Origin: an uncultured Gammaproteobacteria bacterium
GTDB lineage: Bacteria; Patescibacteriota; Microgenomatia; Levybacterales; GWA1-39-11
Reading direction: 5' to 3'
Length of the DNA stretch: 64,000 bases
Assembly (NCBI GenBank): GCA_964504535.1
Contig: CAZDED010000007.1
Coordinates: 12,353-76,352 of the forward strand
Shown: in pieces, positions 8,391 through 17,967 of the stretch
How the letters are laid out: every line of letters starts with the position of its first letter
Position numbering within the stretch: position 1 is the first letter of the stretch
Made by a program: the position numbers and the translations under genes
Notes under the pieces: model-generated
Told to the model about the DNA's origin: nothing
The model's input: the letters and a program-made list of their open reading frames with translations, nothing else
Databases searched by the model: none

Positions 8391-9281
8391 ATGCGGCTTC
8401 ACAAACTTGCGTCAAAAAAGTTAAAAAGCTTTCCAGTAATTGTGGTTTTTGGATTGTTTTTTATTCTTCTTATTGGTCAGGTATTTAGTGCTACTCTTTT
8501 TCCTCAGTTCTCCCAATCCAAATCATCGGTAGTCACTGCTACTGTCGGAACGTATCATCTATCAGTAACTGGATACCAATCTCCCTATGCGTCTATCATT
8601 TTAAAAACGCAAAACGGAATATTTTTAGCATCTACAACTGCTGATGCAAATGGGTATTTTTCTATATCAAACATATTGATTAATAGTTCAGTTTTGACAT
8701 ATTGTTTCCAAGCAGTCGATTTCAAAAGAATCGGAGAATCAGAAGCCTGCATTACTCTTGATGGCCCTATCAACTCTGATATCACCAGAACTGATATTTT
8801 TCTTCCGCCAACCATCGGCCTTTCCAAAAAACAGATAAACGCAGGACAAGACGCTATTATTTATGGGTACTCCATGCCGGGCGCAACCGTATACCTATAT
8901 ATAGAAGGAGAAGTGGTTACCCTAACCGCCGATATTACAGGATTTTATACTTACACCTATAAAAATGTCCCCGAGGGAGTATTTCGAATAACCACATCAG
9001 CGGAACTCAATGATAAAAAATCATTGGATCCTACCAATGAGGTTGTTCTTGAGTCCTTGTCTGTCGGCCAACAAATAACAAATACGGGTAAAAAAACCAT
9101 TGAGAAAGTCAAAAAAGCTGTGCCTTTTAATCTCCTCCCGTTCCTACTGATTGCATTAGGGTTTCTCGTAGCAATAGGCTTCTTACTCTATAAGCTGAAA
9201 CTGAGAATTTGGGTAATTTTTATAGACTTTTTGAGGCATCGAAAAAAGATGCACCACGACTGGTTCTTAGATAGATGGTAA
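8391..9281 (+). CDS. Secreted Ig-like protein with C-terminal TM
   Basis: Signal peptide, two beta-rich repeats (TADANGYF/TADITGFY), C-terminal TM; TTGATA-17-GATACT promoter 7 nt before the ATG. Confidence 0.75.
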   Translation: MRLHKLASKKLKSFPVIVVFGLFFILLIGQVFSATLFPQFSQSKSSVVTATVGTYHLSVTGYQSPYASIILKTQNGIFLASTTADANGYFSISNILINSSVLTYCFQAVDFKRIGESEACITLDGPINSDITRTDIFLPPTIGLSKKQINAGQDAIIYGYSMPGATVYLYIEGEVVTLTADITGFYTYTYKNVPEGVFRITTSAELNDKKSLDPTNEVVLESLSVGQQITNTGKKTIEKVKKAVPFNLLPFLLIALGFLVAIGFLLYKLKLRIWVIFIDFLRHRKKMHHDWFLDRW

Positions 9282-9343
9282 ACCTGCTTGTTGACATAGT
9301 CAAACTATTCTGTTTTTAATAGTAATGTACGTATTATATCAAT

Positions 9344-10807
9344 ATGGACTTATTGTATTCGTTTAGCTTCAAAAGAGGGCTTCTTGTTCTTTGTGTTTTG
9401 CTGTTTTTCTTCACGATAACCACCAAACAAACTCATGCACTCTCATTCTCTTCAGCAAGTGCTACTCTCACAACCTCACGTCCATCAGCTGCAAGCCCAT
9501 TCAGCTCTGTTGGAGCTGTTAATGATAGCGTTCTAAATATTTTCAACAATGGCTCTCGATTTTTGGCTTCAGATTCAGCCAAAGTCGTACGGGCAACCGG
9601 TACTTCTAATACTGGTCTCAATGTTGCCTCACAGTCAGCCGATCTTCTCAAAGTATTTCTGACAAATGGACTTTCAACGCTTGCCGGTGCGGGAGCTGAT
9701 ATACTTGTTGTTCCTGTTACAGCTATGCATCAAGTTGGTTTTACCCCAAATTCGCCAATACCAAGTGGAGGAAAAATAATAATTTCGTATCCTGGAACAT
9801 TCCAAAATACTGCATCCCCTTCAGCAACAACATTTTCATTCAACAATCTTGTATCTGGCAATGTTAAATGTTTTCCGACAACTGCTTGTAGCGGCTCCAT
9901 CACTATCTCATCCAGTGGTATTCCAACTATTACCTTAGTCACGGGCGCTATACAACCTGCAGGTACTGTTATAACAGTATTTATCGGTTGCTCTGCAATT
10001 ACTGGATCAGCATGTACTACGCAGGTTCCAACTCTTATAAATCCTACAAAGACAAATTCCACTGCCGCTGGCGCTGATATTTGGAGAATAGGAGTGGCTT
10101 CAACAGATGCAAGCAACAATCCAATTGATAATTCAACTATCGCTATCGGTACGATAGAATCAGTAACCGTCCGTGCCACTATTGACCCAAGTCTCACATT
10201 TATCATTAGTGGTGTTACAGATGGACAAGCAGTCAACACTGGAAACACCACTGGATGCCTACAAGTTGAAACAACAAATACTGGTATAACTTCAACTGCC
10301 ACTGATGTTGGACTTGGAAGTCTTGCAAGCGTACCATCAGCAGGTACAAAACTTAACAATATTGCAGCACAACTTTTGGATGTCAGGACTAATGGAGCAA
10401 ATGGATACTCTATTACTGCAACTTCATCAGGGCCTCTTTCAAACCCTTCAACTGGTTTTTCAGTCAATAGTAGCACCACACCGTTGGTTTTCCCTTCAAC
10501 AGGCCATTTCTTTGGAATGCATCCCTGTGGCGCAGATGTAGATAGAATAAATTGGATTCAGGGTTCTACTTCACAACTTTGCAACACATATGTTCCAGGT
10601 GCAAATCCTGTCTGTAAATACGCATGGCCTAATACTGCCCCTATGCTCGTTGCTCAAAGATCAGCTGGTCCAATTGGTACTGGTGCATCATGTGCATCGG
10701 GTGGCTGCGGACTCACTTCAGTATCCTATGCTGCTACACAAGATGTCTCTCTTCCCCCTGGAATCTATCAATCAGTTATCACGTACGTAGCAACGCCGTC
10801 TTTTTAG
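9344..10807 (+). CDS. Secreted Ser/Thr/Cys-rich surface protein with WxL-like C-terminal strand
   Basis: Signal peptide; ends PPGIYQSVITYVATPSF; clear paralogue of 12001..13458. Confidence 0.75.
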   Translation: MDLLYSFSFKRGLLVLCVLLFFFTITTKQTHALSFSSASATLTTSRPSAASPFSSVGAVNDSVLNIFNNGSRFLASDSAKVVRATGTSNTGLNVASQSADLLKVFLTNGLSTLAGAGADILVVPVTAMHQVGFTPNSPIPSGGKIIISYPGTFQNTASPSATTFSFNNLVSGNVKCFPTTACSGSITISSSGIPTITLVTGAIQPAGTVITVFIGCSAITGSACTTQVPTLINPTKTNSTAAGADIWRIGVASTDASNNPIDNSTIAIGTIESVTVRATIDPSLTFIISGVTDGQAVNTGNTTGCLQVETTNTGITSTATDVGLGSLASVPSAGTKLNNIAAQLLDVRTNGANGYSITATSSGPLSNPSTGFSVNSSTTPLVFPSTGHFFGMHPCGADVDRINWIQGSTSQLCNTYVPGANPVCKYAWPNTAPMLVAQRSAGPIGTGASCASGGCGLTSVSYAATQDVSLPPGIYQSVITYVATPSF

Positions 10808-10905
10808 TTATTAGTTATTAGGAATAGGACTAGTTACTAAAAAGGGCTGGACAAGAAGAATTAAATACGTATAAACTAAGAACTATTCCTGATAACTAAT
10901 AACTA
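10805..10905. repeat. Inverted pair of the heptamer-period motif (10805-10835 +, 10881-10905 -)
   Basis: TAGTTATTAGTTATTAGGAATAGGACTAGTT begins at the upstream gene's TAG stop; the partner ends 2 nt before the next ATG. Confidence 0.8.
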
Positions 10906-10907
10906 AC

Positions 10908-11906
10908 ATGTCTACTGCTCGAAAGTGTAAAACAAAATATTTAGCAAAGTCTGCAATTATTTATACTGCGATAAGTGCGGGGCTTATTTTGAGCGTAAAA
11001 ATGATTTTTGCGCAAGAAGCAGTCAGGACCATCACTATCGTCCCACCAGCGAATGAATTTAAAGTAGATCCCGGAGACAAAACAGAAGGAACTCTTAAAG
11101 TTGTTAATGGTGGTACTACTCCACTCACATTTAAAGCCCAGGTAAAAGATTTTGTCGTTGAAGACTCAGTTGGAACCCCACATATTCTTGCAGATGACGT
11201 GCTTTCTCAGAAATATTCAGCTGCCAACTGGGTGGCAATTTCTCCAGATACCTTTACTATTCCTGCGGGACAGACACAAAAAATCAATTTTTACCTACAA
11301 GTACCACAAAATGCACGACCGGGAGGTCACTATGCTGCAATAGTTTATGAACCTCAAGAAGTTTTGGGAGTACAAGGAACAGGAACAGGTGTTGAAACTC
11401 ACGTTGGAACTCTTTTTTATGTCAGGGTCAATGGGGATATAGTCGAAAATGCAACCGTTAAGAAATTTCAACCAGCTCAAAAGATTACTGAATATGGGCC
11501 TGTTACCATCGATACGCAAATTGTTAACTACAGTGATTCCCATATCAGACCTCTTGGTACCGTCTCAATAAAAAATCTTTTTGGACAAGTAGTTGCTACA
11601 CAGACACTTGAAGAACACAATATCTTCCCTGAAGCAACCCGTGACTTTACCAATACTATCGGTAAAAAGTTGATGTTTGGTCCATATACCGCAGAGTTTA
11701 AGGCAACATATGGTACGGCAAACAACCTCACTCTTTTTGCAAGTGCCTCATTTTTTGTTTTCCCATGGAAAATCGTAGCTGTAGTCGTACTTGCCATCGT
11801 AGTCGCGGTTCTTCTTTTCATCTATTTCAGAAAGAAGAAAAAGCAAAACAAGGTAAATCCTATCCAACCTAACGCTCCACAAATGCCTCCAACACCACAG
11901 GTTTAG
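10908..11906 (+). CDS. DUF916/DUF3324-like (WxL-interacting) surface protein with C-terminal TM
   Basis: VPQNARPGGHYAAIVY, GTVSIKNLFG, FGPYTAEFKATYG, FFVFPWK, then TM and basic tail. Confidence 0.75.
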   Translation: MSTARKCKTKYLAKSAIIYTAISAGLILSVKMIFAQEAVRTITIVPPANEFKVDPGDKTEGTLKVVNGGTTPLTFKAQVKDFVVEDSVGTPHILADDVLSQKYSAANWVAISPDTFTIPAGQTQKINFYLQVPQNARPGGHYAAIVYEPQEVLGVQGTGTGVETHVGTLFYVRVNGDIVENATVKKFQPAQKITEYGPVTIDTQIVNYSDSHIRPLGTVSIKNLFGQVVATQTLEEHNIFPEATRDFTNTIGKKLMFGPYTAEFKATYGTANNLTLFASASFFVFPWKIVAVVVLAIVVAVLLFIYFRKKKKQNKVNPIQPNAPQMPPTPQV

Positions 11907-11925
11907 TATTGCTTGATCAATCTCA

Positions 11926-11956
11926 AATTACTCCTAATCCTGACAACTAGTAACTA
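11926..11956 (-). repeat. 31-bp heptamer-period motif copy
   Basis: Minus strand TAGTTACTAGTTGTCAGGATTAGGAGTAATT. Confidence 0.75.
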
Positions 11957-12000
11957 ATTTCATTGACAAATAGAACCGATATTGTCTTAAATGGTATAGG

Positions 12001-13458
12001 ATGAAATTTTCGGCAAAAATTATTTTTGTCTTTATTTTATGTGGTTTTTATCTTGCCACAGGAACCGCTTATGCCGATGACTTATCAAATGCAAGCGTAA
12101 CCCTCTCAACCTCACGACCCTCGGCTTCAAGTCCATTATCCGCAGCCGCCACTTCCTCAGACGGAATAATTTCGGTATTCAATAATGGATCCCGATATTT
12201 AGCTTCTGATTCAGCACGGATTATTCAAGGATCAAGTGGTCTTCAAATAGTTGGGGGGCTTCCGGTAGCTTCCCAGTCAGCGTCGCTAACAAGCGTCTAT
12301 CTAGGTTCAAGTGTGGGAGTCGCAGCAGGTGCTGGATCTGACATATTGCAAGTACCAATAACAGCAATGCACACGGTTACCTTTACAACGATAAGTTCGG
12401 TACCCAATGGAGGGAAAATAATAATTACCTACCCAGGCTCGGGCAATAATTCCGCTTCTCCTTCTGCTACAACATTTGCTTTTAACGGTCTTCCAAATTC
12501 AACTGCAGCGGTTAAAGCAGCCAACGCTACCGATTGTAACGCTGTGACCGTGAGTGCACCAACAATTACCTGCACGACAAGCGCAATCATCCCAGCGGCG
12601 ACTCAGGTGACAATTTTTATCGGATGCACAGCTGTTAGTGGATCATGTACTACTCAAGCTCCTTATTTGATAAATCCAACAAAAAGCAATCAATCAGCCG
12701 GAACAGCTGATTCTTGGAGAATTCAAGTAAGCACTGCAGATGGCTCCAATAATGTTATTGATTCGCGTACTCTTGCTGTTGGCACAATTGAATCGGTTAC
12801 TGTCCGTGCAAACGTCGACCCATCCCTCACTTTTACCATTGCGGGTATTAATAATGGTGTTGCGGTCAATACGAATAATACGACGGGGTGCCTGCAGACA
12901 GAGCTAACAAGTACTGGTATAAATGCAACTGCAACAGATGTTAATATGGGCACGCTAGCTAACTCACCAAGTGCTACCAATACAACTGTAAGTAATATTT
13001 CTGCCCAATTACTAACAGTGACTACAAATGGAGCTACAGGATATGTGGTGACAGCGACATCGTCTGGACACCTGAGAAATCCTTCTACGGGATTTTTCCT
13101 GACGGATGCAGCTACCCCACAAGCTTTCCCAGCCTCAGGAGCAAATTTCTATGGATTTCATGCCTGTGGCCTTGATACGTATAGCGCTGGAATAGGTACT
13201 ACCTTCTGGAATTCAAGTGCCTCAGATACTAATTGCAATACTTATATAACAGGTTCCTCGGGAAATATTTGTAAATATGGATGGCCTACAACTTCTACGC
13301 CAATTAATATTGCTTCTGACACAACGGGACCAATAGGAAATGCTGTTGTTGCGGGAAGCGGCTTAACCTCAGTGAGCTATGCAGCTGGTGCTGATCCAGC
13401 AGTACCTCCGGGACAATACACGACTGTTGTGACTTACGTAGCAACTCCTTCATTCTAG
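12001..13458 (+). CDS. Secreted surface protein, paralogue of 9344..10807 (WxL-like C-terminus)
   Basis: Shared blocks TSRPSA, NNGSRYLASDSA, GTIESVTVRA, NTTGCLQ, CKYGWP; ends PPGQYTTVVTYVATPSF. Confidence 0.75.
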   Translation: MKFSAKIIFVFILCGFYLATGTAYADDLSNASVTLSTSRPSASSPLSAAATSSDGIISVFNNGSRYLASDSARIIQGSSGLQIVGGLPVASQSASLTSVYLGSSVGVAAGAGSDILQVPITAMHTVTFTTISSVPNGGKIIITYPGSGNNSASPSATTFAFNGLPNSTAAVKAANATDCNAVTVSAPTITCTTSAIIPAATQVTIFIGCTAVSGSCTTQAPYLINPTKSNQSAGTADSWRIQVSTADGSNNVIDSRTLAVGTIESVTVRANVDPSLTFTIAGINNGVAVNTNNTTGCLQTELTSTGINATATDVNMGTLANSPSATNTTVSNISAQLLTVTTNGATGYVVTATSSGHLRNPSTGFFLTDAATPQAFPASGANFYGFHACGLDTYSAGIGTTFWNSSASDTNCNTYITGSSGNICKYGWPTTSTPINIASDTTGPIGNAVVAGSGLTSVSYAAGADPAVPPGQYTTVVTYVATPSF

Positions 13459-13486
13459 TTGTCAGTTGTCAGGAACACGAATAGTT
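13456..13486 (+). repeat. 31-bp heptamer-period motif copy starting at a TAG stop codon
   Basis: TAGTTGTCAGTTGTCAGGAACACGAATAGTT. Confidence 0.8.
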
Positions 13487-13499
13487 AATGAGATTGTAA

Positions 13500-15203
13500 C
13501 TAGTTTGCCAGAGATGGTTGTTCTAACTCTTCCTTCTTATGAATAGGAATCGTAAAAAACACAGATGTGCCTTTCCCTATTTCTGAATGCAACCATATCT
13601 TACCCTCATGCTCGGAAAGAATAGCACGGGAGATGTACAACCCAAGCCCTGTCCCTTTTTCGCGTCTGGCGAAAGTAACCTGTGAGAATGGCTTAAAAAG
13701 ACTATCTATTTTATCGCGCTCAATACCTGCTCCTCTATCTTTGACCTCAACCTCAACGTACCCACTCCGTAACCGTGAAAAAACTTCAATGAGCGTGTGT
13801 GGCTCACTATATTTTATGGAATTTGACAATAAATTTGCCATTACCTGGCCTATTCTAATGGGGTCGAAATAGAAATTAGGTATGTTATCGTCTAAATGAT
13901 TTTCTATCAAAATAGACCTATCCTCGATTGCGTAGGACAATTCTTCAGTTGATTTACGGATCACGTCATTAATGTTTGATGGAATCATTGTAACCAGGGG
14001 TTTTCCAGCGTCAATCTTGGCGCTATCAAGCATGTCATCGATATCGATTAGTAGTCGTTCTGATGCATTTTTGATGATGAGCTTCATTTTTGTACGATCC
14101 TCTTCTTGAGTCTCAGCGCTCAATAATAATTCAGCAGCTCCTTTAATAGCAGTAAGGGGTGCTCTGAGCTCATGTATCATCATGTTCGTAAATCCTTCAC
14201 GTATCTTTTGCGTCTCATGCTCACGGGTTATATCCTGCATAGTAAGTGCCACACCGATGATCTTATCGCTTTCATACGAAAATACCGGAGTAACATAAAT
14301 ATTAAATTTGAGGTCAGTAACGGCAACATTTCTATAGATTGTACTCTTCTTTAAAATAATAACCTCTTTCATTTCAGAAATTATATTTGGCTTTAGGCTA
14401 AAACTTGAAAGAACTTTCAAAAGATCAGGATTGTCTTCCTTTATCCTGAGGAATCTAAGTGCAGCATGATTAATAGTAAACAAGTGTAATGACCCATTCT
14501 CAAGGGTAAAAAATATCTCTCCCGTTGACAAACTTTTTACCAAAGACTCTACTTTCCCTTTCTCTGTCTCAATAACATCCTCGAGACGACCAATAGCAAG
14601 CTGTGCTTTATTTACAATTTTATATAACATACTCATATCTTCTTCCTGGTAAGCATGAGGGATTTTTGAGGTTATTGTTATGATTCCTGTAAAGCGGTTA
14701 TTAAGAACAAGCGGAATATTAAAATAACTTGCTGGCATTGCATCGATTTGTACTGATGCATCAACTAACAGTTCTGCTTGAGGATTGATGTGGGATCCGG
14801 TTGATTTCTCAATAACGGGAAGCTCCTTAAACTCTGAGTCAATATTATAAAGTCCTTGAAGTATTATTTCTTTCACTCCATGGATGTATGAAGGACCAAT
14901 ATTTTCGTGTGTAACAGTCGTCAAGTCTAAATGGTCAGGTTCAATTATGGCATACGACACAGAACTTACTTGAAATATTTTCTCGGCTGTTGCGGCAATA
15001 GTTGAAGCAATATCTTTTGAACTTAGTGAGTATCCTATTTTTTCCGATAATTCTGCAAGAATAGTTAATTCAAAAAGTTTTCTTGCACTTTCTTTATGCT
15101 CTTTTTTATATGTTTCCTTGGTATTTTTTAGCTCAAAATAGAGATAAATGGTTGTTAAAAACAAAATCAAAAAACCAAACATGAAAAATGACTGTAGCAG
15201 CAT
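13500..15203 (-). CDS. Sensor histidine kinase (TM, GAF, PAS-like, HisKA, HATPase)
   Basis: H-box HELRAPLTAIKG, N-box NLLSNSIKYS, DRGAGI, GTGLGLYI. Confidence 0.92.
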   Translation of the reverse strand: MLLQSFFMFGFLILFLTTIYLYFELKNTKETYKKEHKESARKLFELTILAELSEKIGYSLSSKDIASTIAATAEKIFQVSSVSYAIIEPDHLDLTTVTHENIGPSYIHGVKEIILQGLYNIDSEFKELPVIEKSTGSHINPQAELLVDASVQIDAMPASYFNIPLVLNNRFTGIITITSKIPHAYQEEDMSMLYKIVNKAQLAIGRLEDVIETEKGKVESLVKSLSTGEIFFTLENGSLHLFTINHAALRFLRIKEDNPDLLKVLSSFSLKPNIISEMKEVIILKKSTIYRNVAVTDLKFNIYVTPVFSYESDKIIGVALTMQDITREHETQKIREGFTNMMIHELRAPLTAIKGAAELLLSAETQEEDRTKMKLIIKNASERLLIDIDDMLDSAKIDAGKPLVTMIPSNINDVIRKSTEELSYAIEDRSILIENHLDDNIPNFYFDPIRIGQVMANLLSNSIKYSEPHTLIEVFSRLRSGYVEVEVKDRGAGIERDKIDSLFKPFSQVTFARREKGTGLGLYISRAILSEHEGKIWLHSEIGKGTSVFFTIPIHKKEELEQPSLAN

Positions 15204-15311
15204 ACCTTAAGTATAATAATCCAATAACCCAATAATCAAATGTCAAATTATTTAATTTATCTTGATATTGGATTATTTTTAATTTGTATATTAGATTATT
15301 TGTATATTGAA

Positions 15312-15333
15312 TCCCCGGGCTTTCGCCCGGGGA
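15312..15333 (-). terminator. Perfect GC hairpin ending the GC-rich island
   Basis: TCCCCGGGC-TTTC-GCCCGGGGA (GAAA loop on the minus strand). Confidence 0.65.
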
Positions 15334-15365
15334 CGGTGGTGCTCTTTCGAGCATGTTCTCGCAGG

Positions 15366-15668
15366 TCATGCGTGGCCGGTACTAAGATGCTGCCAGCTCA
15401 GATCTTGAGGTGGATCCGATACGATCTCTGTTCCCTCTTCCAAGAGGTTATCAGCTACTCTTGCAAGCAGCTGAAGGGTTCGGCGCCTAGAACTAGGAGC
15501 CGCCTTGATGAGCACTTTGGCATACTCACAAACGGCGTCTGCGAGGGCGTCACCCGCGGAGATCTCCTCCCACTCATTTCCACTTGCAATGGCGGCAGCT
15601 ACCGCTGCCTTATCCAGCGCAAGCAATTCTTTGGTGTAATTTGACCGCCAGTCATGAGGCATGATCAT
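15366..15668 (-). CDS. Hypothetical protein, GC-rich island
   Basis: SD AAGGGAG upstream; GC-rich codons. Confidence 0.55.
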   Translation of the reverse strand: MIMPHDWRSNYTKELLALDKAAVAAAIASGNEWEEISAGDALADAVCEYAKVLIKAAPSSRRRTLQLLARVADNLLEEGTEIVSDPPQDLSWQHLSTGHA

Positions 15669-15703
15669 CTCCCTTGCTGGTTTACCAGCTTGTTTGTACC
15701 CGC

Positions 15704-16033
15704 CTACGCGGTTGGGCTTTGCTCATCCGGCCGGAGGGCGCTGAGGCATTCCTGGACGGTGACCTCTCGAAGTCTCTTTCCGCACTTCTTGAGAAGTTCG
15801 ACCTGGAACTGCTGGATCCAAAGGCACGGGATCTGCTCTAGGTCCCTCGTGATTACTTCTCCCAGTCCGACCTGGAGCACATGAAAGCCTTGTGCCCGCA
15901 GAAAGCGGAGTTCCGGGCAATTGTTTGCCAGGCGGGGATCTCCTACCTTTTTGTCGGCAGGAAGGCTCCTGAGCCAGGTCACGAATTCCTCGTCAGTTTC
16001 CATGACCCTGGTGATCTCTTCAACTTCAGACAT
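15704..16033 (-). CDS. Hypothetical protein, GC-rich island
   Basis: SD AAGGAG before the ATG at 16033 (MSEVEEI…). Confidence 0.6.
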   Translation of the reverse strand: MSEVEEITRVMETDEEFVTWLRSLPADKKVGDPRLANNCPELRFLRAQGFHVLQVGLGEVITRDLEQIPCLWIQQFQVELLKKCGKRLREVTVQECLSALRPDEQSPTA

Positions 16034-16307
16034 TACTACTCTCCTTGAGTTGTGTACTCGTGATGTGCGTGCCCCACCGCTTGTAAACGGTGTGGCTTGA
16101 CCTGCGTTGTTAATGTGCTGTTGGAACAGCACCTTCATACGCATGCTGCCGCCAGCTGGCGGCGCGGATTGGAACTGTTCTAACGTTGGGATAATTATAT
16201 ACCTTAGGAAGACTCAAATCAAATTACTCTAGGATACGCTTAATGGAGAATGGCTGATGGTTAAGGACTAATATCTAAACTATTGTCTATTGTCTAGTGT
16301 CTTTTGT

Positions 16308-16649
16308 CTACTTAGTCAAGTTCTCTAATTTGTCAATTGTTCTTTTACTTCCAATTACAATGATATACATACCAATAACAAAGCACGACCCTTTTATCAG
16401 AAAAATAACGACAGAATAGACATTGCTATAGCTGATCTGAAAATATGAATTGACTGCATCAATTATGATGCCAAGTGCAAGAAAAAGAACCCCGGTACCA
16501 ATAGTCTTAAATCCATGAGCAAGAATACCTGATCCGAATTTCTTTGTGACCTGATACATGATTACTGCAGCAGCAATAGCAGCAAAGGCAGCAATGAATG
16601 AAATGCCATTAACTATAATGGTCAAAAATTGTACGCTATTAAATTCCAT
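16308..16649 (-). CDS. Small 3-TM membrane protein in the signalling cluster
   Basis: Three hydrophobic helices; co-oriented with the response regulator and kinase. Confidence 0.75.
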   Translation of the reverse strand: MEFNSVQFLTIIVNGISFIAAFAAIAAAVIMYQVTKKFGSGILAHGFKTIGTGVLFLALGIIIDAVNSYFQISYSNVYSVVIFLIKGSCFVIGMYIIVIGSKRTIDKLENLTK

Positions 16650-16754
16650 ACATATTCATTTTAGACATAAAAAGTTCGGAATGTAAATGATAAAAAGTAT
16701 GTAGTATGTTGTATGTTGTATATAGCCTCAAATATAGCACAATACAAACCACTA

Positions 16755-17384
16755 TTAAGCCCCTGCTTGCGGTGATCCTGGGGTTTCTGTGCTCAAAGGT
16801 GCTTTGGAAAGCTCCTCAAGTGCTTTGTTGAGATCCTGCATCTCTTCTGCAGAGAAATTTGTGGAAGCTTCAGGTGCCTTATCACTCTTTTTTGGATCTA
16901 TAGCAAGGCTATCAAGGTTCATATCCGCCATAGACGGAGGTTCTGATGGAGCAGCTGAGGCGCCACTCAAAGGGCTCTCTTCAGAGGAATTTACTGTTAT
17001 ATCTGTAGTAATTGGGCTATCAGGAGAAGGTGGATTGACCGGTGTACTCGTCTGGGTAGTCTCAACAGGAGTTGTTGCTGTTGATGCTTGAACCCCAGCA
17101 CTCATTGATGAGGCCATAGCCATCATTCCAGGATATGAAGTTAGAATAGATTCCATAGTCTTTTTGACGATCATGCCTGAAAGCTCGACAAACTGGTTTA
17201 TAAGTCCCTGCAATAATTTCTGTGGGTCCCCCTCAATTTTTTGCACGTCACCATTTATATCTACCGTAATGCCGATGACATTTTTTACTTTAGCAAGGGT
17301 AATGTCAGGACCCAAAACAAGCATTTGCTTTTTAATTAATTGGGAGAAAAGGGTTTTATAATCAGTATCTGAGGCAGGTTGCAT
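16755..17384 (-). CDS. Hypothetical protein: compact N-terminal domain plus disordered Pro/Ser/Thr tail
   Basis: Long ORF co-oriented with the response regulator. Confidence 0.75.
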   Translation of the reverse strand: MQPASDTDYKTLFSQLIKKQMLVLGPDITLAKVKNVIGITVDINGDVQKIEGDPQKLLQGLINQFVELSGMIVKKTMESILTSYPGMMAMASSMSAGVQASTATTPVETTQTSTPVNPPSPDSPITTDITVNSSEESPLSGASAAPSEPPSMADMNLDSLAIDPKKSDKAPEASTNFSAEEMQDLNKALEELSKAPLSTETPGSPQAGA

Positions 17385-17413
17385 AATAGTTATTAGTTAA
17401 TAGTCATTAGTTA

Positions 17414-17791
17414 TTAGTTTCTATGTACATTCTCTAAGATGCTTTTTACTTTCTTAAGTAAATCTTCATGTGATATCTGATACTTCAAAATATAATCAAT
17501 TGCTCCTCTATTGAGCGCTTCCTTTACTAATTCGTCATGAGAAAAATTAGTAAGCATGGCAACTGGTATACCTTTTATAGCCTCGTCTTCCTTTAAAGCC
17601 CTCAGAACATCATTTCCACTCATATCAGGCATCATTTGATCCAAAAGTATAAGATCAAATTTTTCCGACTTTGCAGAGGCCAACGCTCCTTGACCGTTAT
17701 TGGCTATAGTTACCTCATACCCTCCCTGCTTCAAAACAGTCTCAAATACTGTAGCAGTATCAAGCTCGTCATCAACAAGAAGAATTTTCAT
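17414..17791 (-). CDS. Single-domain response regulator (CheY-like)
   Basis: KILLVDDE, DLILLDQMMPDMSG, MLTN, GAIDYILK. Confidence 0.93.
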   Translation of the reverse strand: MKILLVDDELDTATVFETVLKQGGYEVTIANNGQGALASAKSEKFDLILLDQMMPDMSGNDVLRALKEDEAIKGIPVAMLTNFSHDELVKEALNRGAIDYILKYQISHEDLLKKVKSILENVHRN

Positions 17792-17795
17792 ATTC

Positions 17796-17867
17796 TAGTT
17801 TTTAGTTGTCAGGAATAGGAATAGTTAAATTTTGATAACTGCTCCTCATTCTAATAACTAGTACCTA
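17796..17867. repeat. Empty inverted pair of the 31-bp motif with a 10-bp spacer
   Basis: TAGTTTTTAGTTGTCAGGAATAGGAATAGTT (+, 17796-17826) and TAGGTACTAGTTATTAGAATGAGGAGCAGTT (-, 17837-17867). Confidence 0.8.
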
Positions 17868-17967
17868 TTTTAGGTTACCCGCTATCCACAAAAAATGCAA
17901 GAGGCTTGAATTAATAATTACCCTATAATATTGATCTTTGAGGTAAAATGATGTAAAATAGGGCCCT

